This document shows, piece after piece, positions 1 through 11,022 of a stretch of 64,000 nucleotides of DNA. Where the stretch lies: positions 3,679,084 through 3,743,083 of the forward strand of contig NC_069000.1 in assembly GCF_001194135.2 (NCBI RefSeq), in the 5' to 3' direction. Every line of letters begins with the position of its first letter. The stretch's first letter is position 1. This DNA comes from Octopus bimaculoides. Taxonomy: Eukaryota. The position numbers and the translations under genes are program-made. Below the pieces are notes generated by a model. The model was given only the letters and a program-made list of their open reading frames with translations. It was not told where the DNA came from and did no database searches.

Positions 1-167
1 AGGCAATGCTAATTTAGCAATTTAGGTCAGAGAGTGACATTTGTAAACGAGAAATTACATAAATATTGTTGATAATTAAATTCATTGTTTTCCTTAATAG
101 CATTCTTGCAAAATTACTCACTGACAAGAATTCTGTCTGTCTGTTGTCTGTCTGTCGGTTTATCTCT

Positions 168-176
168 TTCTCTCTC

Positions 177-214
<38 letters not shown>

Positions 215-329
215 CCCCCTCTTTTTCTCTGTCTCTCACATCGTTTTTATAAATTATTCTCCCACTTTCTCTCTCTCCATTTCTGTCTCGCTAGCACTCT
301 TTAGCGTTCACTCAGTAGATATCTCTCTT

Positions 330-406
<77 letters not shown>

Positions 407-408
407 CA
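168..408. repeat. (CT)n tracts followed by (TA)n
   Basis: Directly visible: (CT)n about 168-211 and 322-370, (TA)n about 370-408. Confidence 0.95.
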
Positions 409-661
409 CTCACTTACTCACTAACACCATCTCTATAAATGACAGTCTCTAACTATCAGCGACTAACAACAAATCTCTCACTCGCTCTCCCTCACTCTCA
501 CTCTCAAATTCTTTCCATCAATTACTCTGTCGTTCTCTCTCTCTTTCTCACTCTCTCTCTCTTTAGAATGTCCTTGATATAGTATTATATATTTGAAAAA
601 AATTAAAAGAAATAGCTTTTCTGATACTTTTTTAATTTTAATAATTAGATGTCTGAAGGCA

Positions 662-736
662 TCTATAATACCAGTTACTCGAACCTGTATTTGAACCTGA
701 AAGACTGTTTCGATGCACAATACATGATATGTGAAT
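662..736 (+). repeat. 75-bp direct duplication, copy 1
   Basis: tctataataccagttactcgaacc...gatatgtgaat matches 1876-1950 at 74/75 positions. Confidence 0.95.
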
Positions 737-741
737 AGTTA

Positions 742-852
742 ACAGGCCGGACGAAGACAGGTGGTGTTGAAAACAAAGATATGTATTAGTATAACGCTCT
801 AGAATTGAGAAAGTCTTTAACGCTTCGAGCCCACGCTCTTCGACAGAAAGGA
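742..852 (-). mobile_element. Short dispersed repeat with a minimal hammerhead-like motif (Penelope-like terminal remnant), copy 1
   Basis: Shares gacgaagacagg, ttgagaaag, ttcgagc and gctcttcgacagaaagg with 22596-22698. Minus strand 850-815 reads cttt-CTGTCGA-A-GAGC-gtgg-GCTC-GAAG-CGTT-aaag. The Penelope assignment is an inference from the motif type. Confidence 0.55.
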
Positions 853-937
853 ACACAGAAAGAAACAAGGAGAGAAAAAAAATATGTGCAGTATATCAGC
901 GATATATCATGGTGAAATATATATATATATATATACA

Positions 938-1185
938 CGACATCGGGGGCCCAGCTAATACGATCAACAGCTCGTAAAGTTAACATGCAGGGAGATTCAG
1001 CGTGACACAGAATGAGACAAGATTGATCCTTTGAAATACAGGTACTACTCATTTTTACCAGCTGAGTGGACTGGAGAAATGTGAAAAAAAAGCGTCTTGC
1101 TCAAGGACACGACCTGTTGCTGGAAACTGAACTCAAAACCTTACGATCATTAGCCGCATATTCCAATCACTAAGCCACGCGCCTC
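938..1185 (-). mobile_element. tRNA-derived SINE, family A (CORE-like body), internally deleted
   Basis: Reverse complement begins gaggcgcgtggcttagtgattgg (A-box-like), then gagttcagttt (B-box-like), then gtgtccttgagcaagacgc and ctccagtccactcagctggtaaaaatgagt. Homologous to 16357-16562 and 39228-39390. Confidence 0.9.
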
Positions 1186-1210
1186 CCCCCCTAACAAACA
1201 CACACACACA

Positions 1211-1247
<37 letters not shown>

Positions 1248-1875
1248 ACACACATATATATATATATATATGTTTGAATGGATGTATTTACACGCATATA
1301 GTAATATTTCCCTGTCTGTGTGTCACTGTCTTCCCATTGGTGCGGTTGCATACGTGAATGTACGAGATTGTATTATTAATGATGTACGCATATAGTTATG
1401 AATGCGTAATTAAATAACCTTTTTTTCTAATTACCTATATAATTTTCAATACTTACGTTCCATACTTCGTAATTTGCTTCGAACGCTACCATATATTTTT
1501 TTAATGATTTTCTATTTCCTATGATACTTGCCTATGCAGCCCTGTAGCTCAGTATGTCTTCGTTTTCAAATTAATTGGTGTCGAGTTTAAACAGTAAACT
1601 TTTTGTTTTAAAAAAAATGCTATTATTTTAACGAAGCTGATGACAGTTATAATTCGAACTCGCCTTAATTAAATAGAACCGAAATTTACATTTTTCTCAT
1701 TTATTGTAATACTATATCTTTTATTATGTATGTGTTTCTGTGTGTTCTGTCCTGGGTGCGTTGGTGCGTGTGTAAGTGTTCAATTGTGTGTGCCTTAATG
1801 TATTTGCCATCATTAAGCTCCAGCTCATGGTTGGGTTGTGTACAAAAACCTCAGGTACCGTCTCAAGTTTTAGGT

Positions 1876-1950
1876 TCTATAAGACCAGTTACTCGAACCT
1901 GTATTTGAACCTGAAAGACTGTTTCGATGCACAATACATGATATGTGAAT
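1876..1950 (+). repeat. 75-bp direct duplication, copy 2
   Basis: 74/75 identical to 662-736. Confidence 0.95.
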
Positions 1951-2800
1951 TTATTAGCATATCATACTTTCCCAGCACGAAACTAATTGAGCCTCGTATT
2001 TAAGTTGCTGTATATATTGAATTATATTTATATTTCACTGGATGAAATACGTTTTCGTTGATTTGTGTGTGTGTAGGACTGTTTGTGTGTATGGGTGGGG
2101 AATGGGGGTGGAAATGGGGTATTTTGTGTATTTGAGTGTGTGTCTTTGTGTGTGTATGTGCGTGTCTGTGGCAATATAGAAAATATTAACAGAGATAGAG
2201 TTTAAATATAGCTTAAAACTTCGTATCTCGTTTTACTCCCAGATTTTACTTTAATTAATTGCTGTCGTAGTTTGGTTTGTTTTCCTCGTCGTTTTCTTTG
2301 TTTTTATTTCATTTTCTTTTTCCTTTTGCTAAATTGTTAAATAATTCTAAGGAATTCCAATTCCAGGACAAAGGGTTATCAACAAAAATGATTGGACCAA
2401 ATGCAATGTTTTTACAAAATGTTAATTATCATGCTTCTTGGTCAGCCGATAATTATATAAAGTATATCTTCGTTAATTTCGTTGTGTGAACAACGTGTTT
2501 TTACAGAGATAAGGAATGGTCTTGAAAAGAGGAAATACTAATCGATATCTGGCGTAATTTCACATTGAAAACGCTTTGACAACTATAAATTGCTTTTGTT
2601 TCCTACATCGCTGTTGTTTATTCTGATCCGACCGGTGACTCGTTAACTTTACAGCAGATCTCCAAGAAGAATTTGTCCAGGAATTATCGTTCAGTTACGT
2701 CTTGCGTTATAATAATTTTCAATTGCTAAGACGTATACGTTGTGGCCCACACATGTGGATCCATGAGAAAATTTATCGTTTATTATATCTCATTGTGTTG

Positions 2801-2975
2801 TAGGTGATGACCTGGCAGAATCTGACAAAATGCTACGCGACATTTCGTCTGGCATTGCTTCCTGAGTTCAAATTCCGCCGAGGACGACTTTGCCTTTCAT
2901 CCTTCCTGGATTGTAAATGTAAGTACTAATCAAGTACTAGGATCAATGTAATCAATTTCTACTCCCCTGAAAAGC
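2801..2975 (+). mobile_element. SINE family B, degenerate
   Basis: ctggcagaatc, gagttcaaattccgccgaggacgactttgcctttcatcc and aagtact; homologous to 63321-63534. Confidence 0.85.
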
Positions 2976-3013
2976 TCTGGGCCAAGACTTAAAACGGATA
3001 ACTTAAATGATAA

Positions 3014-3145
3014 TAGGCGGCGATCTGGCACAATCAAAGAAAATACTTACCGGTATTTCTTACGTTTTTTTTTTGTGTTCTGAGTTCAAAGGGAAGGGAT
3101 TAAGTCGATTGCATCGGCCCCAGTGCGTAACTGGTACTTCATTTC
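3014..3145. mobile_element. SINE family B head (+) fused to a family B tail (-)
   Basis: 3015-3090 ggcggcgatctggcacaatc...ttctgagttcaaa in + sense; 3091-3145 is the reverse complement of the aagtaccagttacgcactgggg...tcgactta tail. Confidence 0.75.
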
Positions 3146-3189
3146 GGGTTCGATAAAATATTTACTCTAAAATCTAGTACTTATTTATT

Positions 3190-3363
3190 TACGACGATGA
3201 GGGATCGAACCAACGGCACAGCCCGCTTCTGAAATCAACGTGCAAGTGGTTGAGTACTCCCCAGTCTCTGGTAGGCTTAACGTAGTTCTCTGGGAGACTA
3301 AACATGACACAGAATGTGAAAATGCCTTCCCTATAAAATACAGATACTTCTCATTTTTACCAG
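3190..3363 (-). mobile_element. SINE family A, 3' portion
   Basis: ttaacgtagttctctgggagac, tgacacagaatgtga and ctcatttttaccag are shared with 938-1185 and 16357-16562. Confidence 0.8.
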
Positions 3364-3399
3364 ATAAGTGTGGGGTAGGGATAAGGGGTAATAATCTTT

Positions 3400-3625
3400 T
3401 CTATTCTATGCACAAGGCCAGAATTTGGAGGAGGCGTATAGACGATTGTATCGACGCCAGTACTCCACTGGTACTGTTTTCATCGACCCCAAACGGATGA
3501 GCGGTTCGGCAAAAGAGACCGATAGAATAAGTACTAGGCTTACAACGAATAAGTCCTGGAGTCGATTTACACGACGAAATGCGGTACTCCAGCATGGCCG
3601 CAGTAACAACATACTAAACTGAATT
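3400..3625. mobile_element. Family B tail (-, about 3400-3500) joined to a family C tail (+, about 3500-3625)
   Basis: gcacaaggccagaattt and ctggtactgttttcatcgacccc (B, reverse), then agcggttcggcaaaagagaccgatagaataagtactagg and ccagcatggccgcag (C). Confidence 0.8.
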
Positions 3626-5752
3626 AAATTTTTAATCTAGTATTTTATAGAGTGGGTTTGATATATATATATACGTGTATACAAGCGCACACAATGAAAT
3701 GCACACACACGAACACACACTCACATACATGCATATATATTACACAGGCACATGTGTGTGTGTGCCTTTCAGGGCGTTACAAATCATTTAGAGGTTAATG
3801 TAGGCTAGAAATTTATAAATAATACTTGGAAATTACATTAAAACTAAAGAATGAACCAAATTATGAAGTCTTTGTAACCCTATAAGGAACTGAAACATTT
3901 CTGCCGTTTCAGGAATAATTAGAGAGATTCTTGGAACCGATAAATGAAGTTATATTTCGAATTCTATAACATACCTTTTTACGAGATGATTATGCGAATC
4001 TAAAATGTAAATTTTATGGAAATGTAATAAATAGATTCTCATAAAAACAAAAATTGCTAAGAATACGTTCTGAATAATTTTCAAAATAATGTTTCCCATC
4101 ATATAGATAAATTTATTTATAGTTATAATAAATAATATAATTTAATAATAATGTATTGAAATTTCCTATAGTTATTAACAATCTATTTGCAAATACGACG
4201 AAAATGTCTTTAGTTCTTATGCTATTGTCTTTAAAATCACAAAAGGTTGTGACAATATCCATCTGAATAAATATGAATTGTATTGACAATCTCCCTCTGT
4301 TTATACGACGAATTTCGTAGGGATTTCAGCTTCTAAATTCTCAATGATACTGTTAATTAATTCAATAGGCTCATTCATTAATTCATTCACTTCTCGTTAC
4401 GTATCTATTCAATCTACTTACAATTGAATCGAGAACATTCGTTCTTGGTTTTCATACTGGCTCAGCGATGCATTCGTTCAACCAGTGCTTAATGGTGCGT
4501 TACTTCATGCAGGTTGGTTAACTGGAAACTTGACAAGTCTTTTAATCCTCTTAAGTAGGGGCCATGCATACTTGATATGTGAGCGAAATATATAATATTT
4601 TAAATCAATTTACATCTATAATGAAGAGGAACATCATTAAATTTCATAATTTATTCATCTTGAGAAAGGCCTGAGACAAGTAAGAAAGCGCAATAAATAG
4701 ACACAGAAACAAAATGGAAGTTCTCCTGTGGTGATTCGAAAGAAAATACAGTGACAACTCAGAGCATGCTTCGCCCTAATGAGTTTTCTTCAACGAAGCC
4801 AACTGTTCCTTTCAAAAAACGTTTGATTAGTATATTTATAATAGAAAATATGTTTAGATGAACAACAACAATGTTTAAGTGATTTGAGGCGCTAAAAACA
4901 CCCCTAAAAACCACATAATAGTTTTCAGTATTTGACGGATCGCTAACACTGTACTTCGAAGGTAAACCAAAATGTCAATGACTTTTAACCTTGTTCTATT
5001 CACAAAATATGTGGTTCAGAATACCACGTAGCCACGTCTGCAACTCTGTTGTATAAAATCCTGTTATCCACAAAGCAATATTCACCTTTCTAAGGAAGCA
5101 AGCAGCCTTGTAGTAAAAACTGTGCATGTGGGTGGTGTTTAAGCCGAACTAGTAAACGATGTTGATCAATATCTTGGACCATTGCTAATGACGAGTGTAT
5201 TAAATGTGATTGTTCTGAATATATGTAGAATATACAGTAGAGGACTCCACACATCCGTGTGTTCATTTCTTGCTCTTAAGAAATGCAGCGTTATTCTTTA
5301 ATACGAAACTGTACGATTGCTGAACCCCGATGCGGCACAGCTTTGATTTTCTCGAAATAGAAGCTCGTAACACATTAGCCAATAACACCGATGAGAAAGC
5401 TGCATCACCTTAGCCCATAACCACTGCCATAGTTCAATAATTAAACAATGTAGTTGTTGTAAGAACGACTAGAATAAAACAGATTTAGATTCTAATAATT
5501 CCAGCTCCAAAGTTTGATTTCGATTCTCTATTGAACAGCGCACAGATCAGTAGCGCCGTTAATATACTTTGAAGAACCATTGACGAGACGAAAGGAGGTC
5601 GATAAAAGTATTGAAGATTTTTAATGAAATTATAGAAAGCAGCCAGACACACCATACTGCTTACGTTTGATGAATTCATATTTAAAGAATCATTTTCGCA
5701 CCAATTGTCAGGGTTGAAAACTGAAAACTTTAATGTAAATATTATTATTACG

Positions 5753-5798
<46 letters not shown>

Positions 5799-6647
5799 NN
5801 NNNNNNNNNNNNNNNNNNNNNNNNNNNNNNNNNNNNNNNNNNNNNNNNNNNNNNNNNNNNNNNNNNNNNNNNNNNNNNNNNNNNNNNNNNNNNNNNNNNN
5901 NNNNNNNNNNNNNNNNNNNNNNNNNNNNNNNNNNNNNNNNNNNNNNNNNNNNNNNNNNNNNNNNNNNNNNNNNNNNNNNNNNNNNNNNNNNNNNNNNNNN
6001 NNNNNNNNNNNNNNNNNNNNNNNNNNATATATATATATATATATACATATATATGTATGTATATATATATGTATATATACATACATACATATATATATAT
6101 ATCGTTTATGGATCATTTATTCGTTGTGTAAGTTAAGCAAAGCTGGCTGCTTCAGTTCGCCTTTGTGGATCAATTAATTTATCGAAATGTAATAGACAGA
6201 AACACAGAAATGACTGCAGAGCGGTGTTATATAACAATGGAAGCAATTTTCTCTGACCAAGACACCTTTACAGTTCATTTGAACGAGTTCTATAGAAATG
6301 AAGATATCACTGTTGATTAGATACGCTACTGCTTACGTAGAGTTTATAATATAATACGTTCTGTAGATTGTCATAAGAAACACTGACAGCAATCTGAAAT
6401 CATATTAGTAGATGAGAACTAATGATATGGACTGTATCAAACATAAACGAATCTGTGTAGACAGATGTGAGAGTTTCCTATGATGTAATTGCTGTTATAT
6501 AATGCCTTGCCTACCATTGGGTGCAGACAATATACTTCAGCAGCGATTAAAATTAAACCCTCATACAACTCTAAAGTTAGATACTGACGTTTATTTAACA
6601 ATTACATGGAGAGCCATAACATAGTGTTACTCACGCTGGAAATATAT

Positions 6648-6856
6648 TGCTTTCAAATTTTGGTACAAGGCCAGTTTTTGAGACAGGATAATTCGATTTC
6701 ATTAACACAGTGTTCGACTAGTACTGATTTTATCGACCCTGGATCGATGAAAAGGCACAGTCCTCCTCGGCGAAATTTGAACAGACAATATAAAGGCGAA
6801 CGAAACGTTGCTAAGCATTTTGGTCGGCGTGCTAGCGTTTCCGCCAGCTCTTCGCT
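6648..6856 (-). mobile_element. SINE family B, near full length, diverged
   Basis: Reverse complement gcgaagagctggcggaaacgctagcacgccgacc, aaatttcgccgagg, gggtcgataaaatcagtact and ccttgtaccaaaatttgaaa. Confidence 0.85.
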
Positions 6857-6896
6857 TCTTCAGGGTAGCACGATATTTTATTGGCTTTGAAATAAT

Positions 6897-7313
6897 ATTA
6901 ATGACTCAAGGAGCTTATCATCAAACTCAACTGGACGTCCTGTTCGATCTTCAACTTCAAGGCTGAAATCTCGACTTCTGAATTTTGCAAACCATCTTCT
7001 GCTAGTTCTGTCATTCAAGCGTTCTTTCCCATAAACTGAGTGTATGTTTCGAGTCGCTTCGGCTGTAGAGTTTCCCTTTTTGTACTCATAAAGCAGTATG
7101 TGCCTCAAATGCTCTTTGGATACTTCCATGTTAGAAAGGGTATTAATAAAAGAAAGTTTTATTGTATTATTCTGTAAAACAATATTTAATTAGTTTAAAT
7201 GTACACAATTGCATAAAAATAATTTAAAACTACATTAGACATTCTAAAATACTTTTAAATTTCATTGAATTTTAAAACAGGTAAAATCGGACAGAACTTA
7301 TGGGATGGCCTGA
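6897..7313 (-). mobile_element. Mariner transposon left end: TIR plus N-terminal transposase fragment (HTH DNA-binding region)
   Basis: ORF 7129->6878 MEVSKEHLRHILLYEYKKGNSTAEATRNIHSVYGKERLNDRTSRRWFAKFRSRDFSLEVEDRTGRP matches the mariner N-terminal pattern (RH.LLYE, A..NI..VYG, RWF.KFR.GDFSL.D..R.GRP). TIR-like tcaggccatcccataagttctgtccg at 7313-7288. No catalytic domain follows. Confidence 0.95.
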
Positions 7314-7320
7314 CATATAG

Positions 7321-7545
7321 TAATACCAAGTTTTCAGTTATTATTAAGAAGGAAGTCAGATAGTTTTCAAGCAGAAAAAATGTAATCGATTGTAACACCG
7401 ATAACAGTTAACTATGATACATTAATGGAGATAGAAAAGTTTCATTAAAATTAAGCTAAATAAAACTAATTAGTCTAATACATCACATCAAAGATGAATT
7501 CGTCCCAGATTATATTTACAAAACAAAACGGAGTAAATTAAATGA
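7321..7545 (+). repeat. Diverged ~230-bp direct duplication, copy 1
   Basis: Collinear blocks shared with 9157-9385: tattattaagaa.gaagtcagatag, taatcgattg, accgataacagt, attaaaattaagct, aaaactaattagt, aaagatgaat.cgtcccagattatat, aacaaaacggag. Confidence 0.9.
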
Positions 7546-7626
7546 GATTGATAGAATGAAAGAAAAAAAGAAAAAGAGAAAAACAGACAAAGAAAGAGAG
7601 AGAAATAAAAGAAGACTGGATAGAAA

Positions 7627-7629
<3 letters not shown>

Positions 7630-7700
<71 letters not shown>
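7630..7700. repeat. (TG)n microsatellite
   Basis: Directly visible. Confidence 0.97.
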
Positions 7701-7701
<1 letters not shown>

Positions 7702-7705
7702 GTTG

Positions 7706-7860
7706 ATCCTTTGTCAATGTTCCAGTCGTTATACTGCGGCCATGCTATCGCACCTACTCCAAGAATATTTAACTGAATGAATCAACCCCTGTACTTACTA
7801 TCTTTTAACGCCTGGTAATTATATTCTATCGATCTCTTTTGGCAAACCGTTAAGTAACTG
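7706..7860 (-). mobile_element. SINE family C, 3' portion
   Basis: actgcggccatgct and ttctatcgatctcttttggcaaaccgttaagt are the reverse complement of the family C tail. Confidence 0.8.
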
Positions 7861-7899
7861 AGGTGTTATTAGAATGGGGATTAACGAAATTTAATCTCC

Positions 7900-8460
7900 A
7901 TTCTGTCAACAACTCAAATGTAAAATACCACCAGCCTCAGTCTGGTGGTATCCGATGATGGAATCAAGTTACAAGCATTATTTTGAACCACCAACACCTC
8001 AGAAACGGCTGTTACACTCGCAACACTCCTACTCAGCTCTCGTTATAAGAAGATCTGCATCAAAATATCGGGGACGTAACCTAGAGAATTAATAAACATT
8101 GATCCACCGTGCAAGATCATCTGAGGTAGATTTAAAAAGTGTACAGAGAAGAGAAGGGGGTACCTCACGGTATGTATCCCCTGAAGAATAAATGCCAAGT
8201 TCAGCAAAATTAATCCAAAGATAAATTCCTTAAGCTAAGAAAGTTTACTTCATCCTCACTCCTCACAAGGCGTTGCTGTTTCAGATTTTCACATCTTCAG
8301 GACACTTGATCAATTTTCCTGTTCAAAATCGTTCAGAAGCAGAGACCATGTCGAAACGGCTCTCCAAACATTTTCCTCTTTTAAACCACCCGATTCTTTT
8401 GTCCGTGGAATCCGAAAACGTATTTTGAGAATCAAAACGATTGTTATTAACTATGAAAGC
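7900..8460 (+). mobile_element. Degenerate mariner transposase, C-terminal half (pseudogene fragment)
   Basis: SVWW...HYFE at about 7937-7987 (mariner VWWD..G..HYE); from 8239 ESLLHPHSSQGVAVSDFHIFRTLDQF...SFRSRDHVETALQTF...KPPDSFVRGIRK, matching EVLPHPPYSPDLAPSDFHLFRSL...FF..GI.KL. Contains stops and frameshifts. Confidence 0.75.
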
Positions 8461-9053
8461 ATAAATATATTTACGAAATTCTTTATGCTACTTTGAACGC
8501 ATTACATGAAATGCGACATTACTTTTCGATACCCCTAATAATTAAACTGTTTAATTCTATTTATGTCTTCTATATCACATCATCCTTCAAGGAAATGTGA
8601 ACGTTTTTAGACTTCTTAGCAGCTGAAAAGTAAATGGTACATCATCTCTGAAAAGGAGAACAATTCTCATCGAAAGAGTTCCGTAAGCCGATTTCCATCG
8701 CAAGCCTGTAGGAAAACTTTTCATCTCGCCAGCTACGTTAGGAAGGACGCATTAAACACCGATGTCCAAGAGAAAGTTGATTGAACGGTCACAATTGGAA
8801 AGCCATTGATAATATGCTTAATACACCAGATAATACATTTTATTATACAACAACAACAATACAATTACTAAAAAGTTAATGAGTTGTACGATCTACTAGA
8901 AACAGCACCAGTTTCACGATTCCGTTTCTACTGTCTTAAAAAGAAAAATTAATTTTAGAATGTAATCGTTGGTATACAAAATGCCCGGATGGGTAATATT
9001 GGATGGTCTTTGTTCGTGTTCCTCTTCTATCAAATTTGAGTTGGATCAATGCT

Positions 9054-9129
<76 letters not shown>

Positions 9130-9130
9130 C
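9054..9130. repeat. (AAC)n microsatellite
   Basis: Directly visible, about 25 units. Confidence 0.97.
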
Positions 9131-9156
9131 TAAAGGGAATTCTATTATACAAATTT

Positions 9157-9385
9157 AATACTAAGGATTAGAATATTATTAAGAAAGAAGTCAGATAGAT
9201 CGGAAAAAAAAGAATATTTTAATCGATTGAAAAACCGATAACAGTAAAGTAATATAATTTAATGAAGAACAGATTCTTGAATTAAAATTAAGCTTAACAA
9301 AACTAATTAGTTTAATATATCGCATGAAAGATGAATACGTCCCAGATTATATCTAGAGAACAAAACGGAGCAAATTAAAAGAGAG
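9157..9385 (+). repeat. Diverged ~230-bp direct duplication, copy 2
   Basis: See 7321-7545; both copies run into purine-rich tracts. Confidence 0.9.
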
Positions 9386-9428
9386 AGAGGAGCGGAGAGA
9401 GAGGAGCGGAGAGAGAGGAGCGGAGAGG
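9382..9428. repeat. 12-bp tandem repeat (gagagaggagcg) x3+
   Basis: Directly visible. Confidence 0.9.
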
Positions 9429-9954
9429 GAGAAGTAGAGGGAGAGGAAGAGAGAGAGAATGAGAAAAAGAAAAGTACAAAGAGAGTCGGAAAACAATGGA
9501 ACGAAATGAACTGTTAGAGATTTATAATTTAATGAACAGGCCAATTATTAAGTTAGTCGAGCAATTAGCATAATTAAGTAACATAAAGTGGAAAATAATC
9601 CTTTACGTCAAGCGGATGTTTTCGTTTCGGCTTGTTTTTTTTTTGTTTTTTTTTTCAGTACGGAGGACGAGAGGGTATTAAAATAGTGAGTGCTTGTATG
9701 TGCTTATTGTACTGTCGAACTTCCAAATAGATATGAGGCTTCAGATACAATAACCTGCATGGTATACGGTGTACTTGTCTTCAAATTAAACTTGATTCCA
9801 AAATGAATGAAATTCTATTAACAGGAGCAGGAGAATCTCAGGATTTCATATAATAAAACACATACAGTTTACTTTTGTAAAGTGAAAGTAAAAGAAGTCT
9901 CCACAAATCAGAATGGTTTTCCTTCGGCATCAGTAACACACACATATATACATT

Positions 9955-10054
9955 GGCACAGGAGTGGCTGAGTGGTAGGTGGCTTGCTTACCAGCCACAT
10001 GGTTACGGTTTCAGACTCACTACGTGGCACCTCGGGTAAGTGCCTTCCACTATA
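9955..10054 (+). mobile_element. SINE family C head
   Basis: ggcacaggagtggctgagtggtag (A-box-like), ggtttcagactc and gtggcacctcgggtaagtgccttccactata (CORE-like). Confidence 0.85.
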
Positions 10055-10352
10055 TATATATATTACGGAGATGTACTTGCACAGCAAGCGACCTGATCTG
10101 AGATCGTGTGCTGGAACGAAAACAATTGCCACGTGGCAGGTATTTATAAGCCATTTAAGAAACACACAAAAACCGTTAGATTCACAACATGTATATATAT
10201 ATATATAAAATGAAATTTGCATTTACACAGAGAGGTTGCGAAACAAGTACTTATATAAGTATATATTCCTGTATGAATATTTATATAAACGAGTGTGCGA
10301 GCGTGTGTTTATGTAGACAGGATGTAAAGACAAAGAGGCAGGTTAATAATTT

Positions 10353-10373
10353 AGATAGATAGATAGATAAATC

Positions 10374-10429
<56 letters not shown>
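10353..10429. repeat. (GATA)n microsatellite
   Basis: Directly visible. Confidence 0.97.
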
Positions 10430-10430
<1 letters not shown>

Positions 10431-10723
10431 GAATTATTGAATTTATGTACCTCGATAAATATCACTTTGTACCCGATTTTGTTCCACAATTGCAGCATAT
10501 GTAACCATAACTTTGTACATATGTTGCTCATTATATTTGACAGAATTGTAATACATCTTATAGCTTATCAGGTATTCACTATGAATTCTTGCATATTTCA
10601 GTGGAGTAGAATTTAATTCTATACAAGGAAGGCATTGTCTTGTTTTGATGTTTCCTGGAATTTGGTTCGTTATTAGTGGTGTAAGTATACATAAATACAT
10701 ACATAGCTATATATCTATATCTT

Positions 10724-10763
<40 letters not shown>

Positions 10764-10979
10764 NNNNNNNNNNNNNNNNNNNNNNNNNNNNNNNNNNNNN
10801 NNNNNNNNNNNNNNNNNNNNNNNNNNNNNNNNNNNNNNNNNNNNNNNNNNNNNNNNNNNNNNNNNNNNNNNNNNNNNNNNNNNNNNNNNNNTATATAAGT
10901 ACATATATAGATGTATATACAAATATATATATATATGTATATACATTCATATGTATGCATACATACATGAATGTATGTG

Positions 10980-11022
<43 letters not shown>

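Noticed and set aside
5564-5590. RLVNGSSKY on the minus strand resembling an SRCR domain start
   Set aside because: The following GRVEV...WGTVC motif is absent and a stop follows within about 12 codons.
6878-7129. Possible SETMAR-like host gene
   Set aside because: No SET domain or splice context; it sits directly downstream of a mariner TIR and leader, so it is a transposon fragment.
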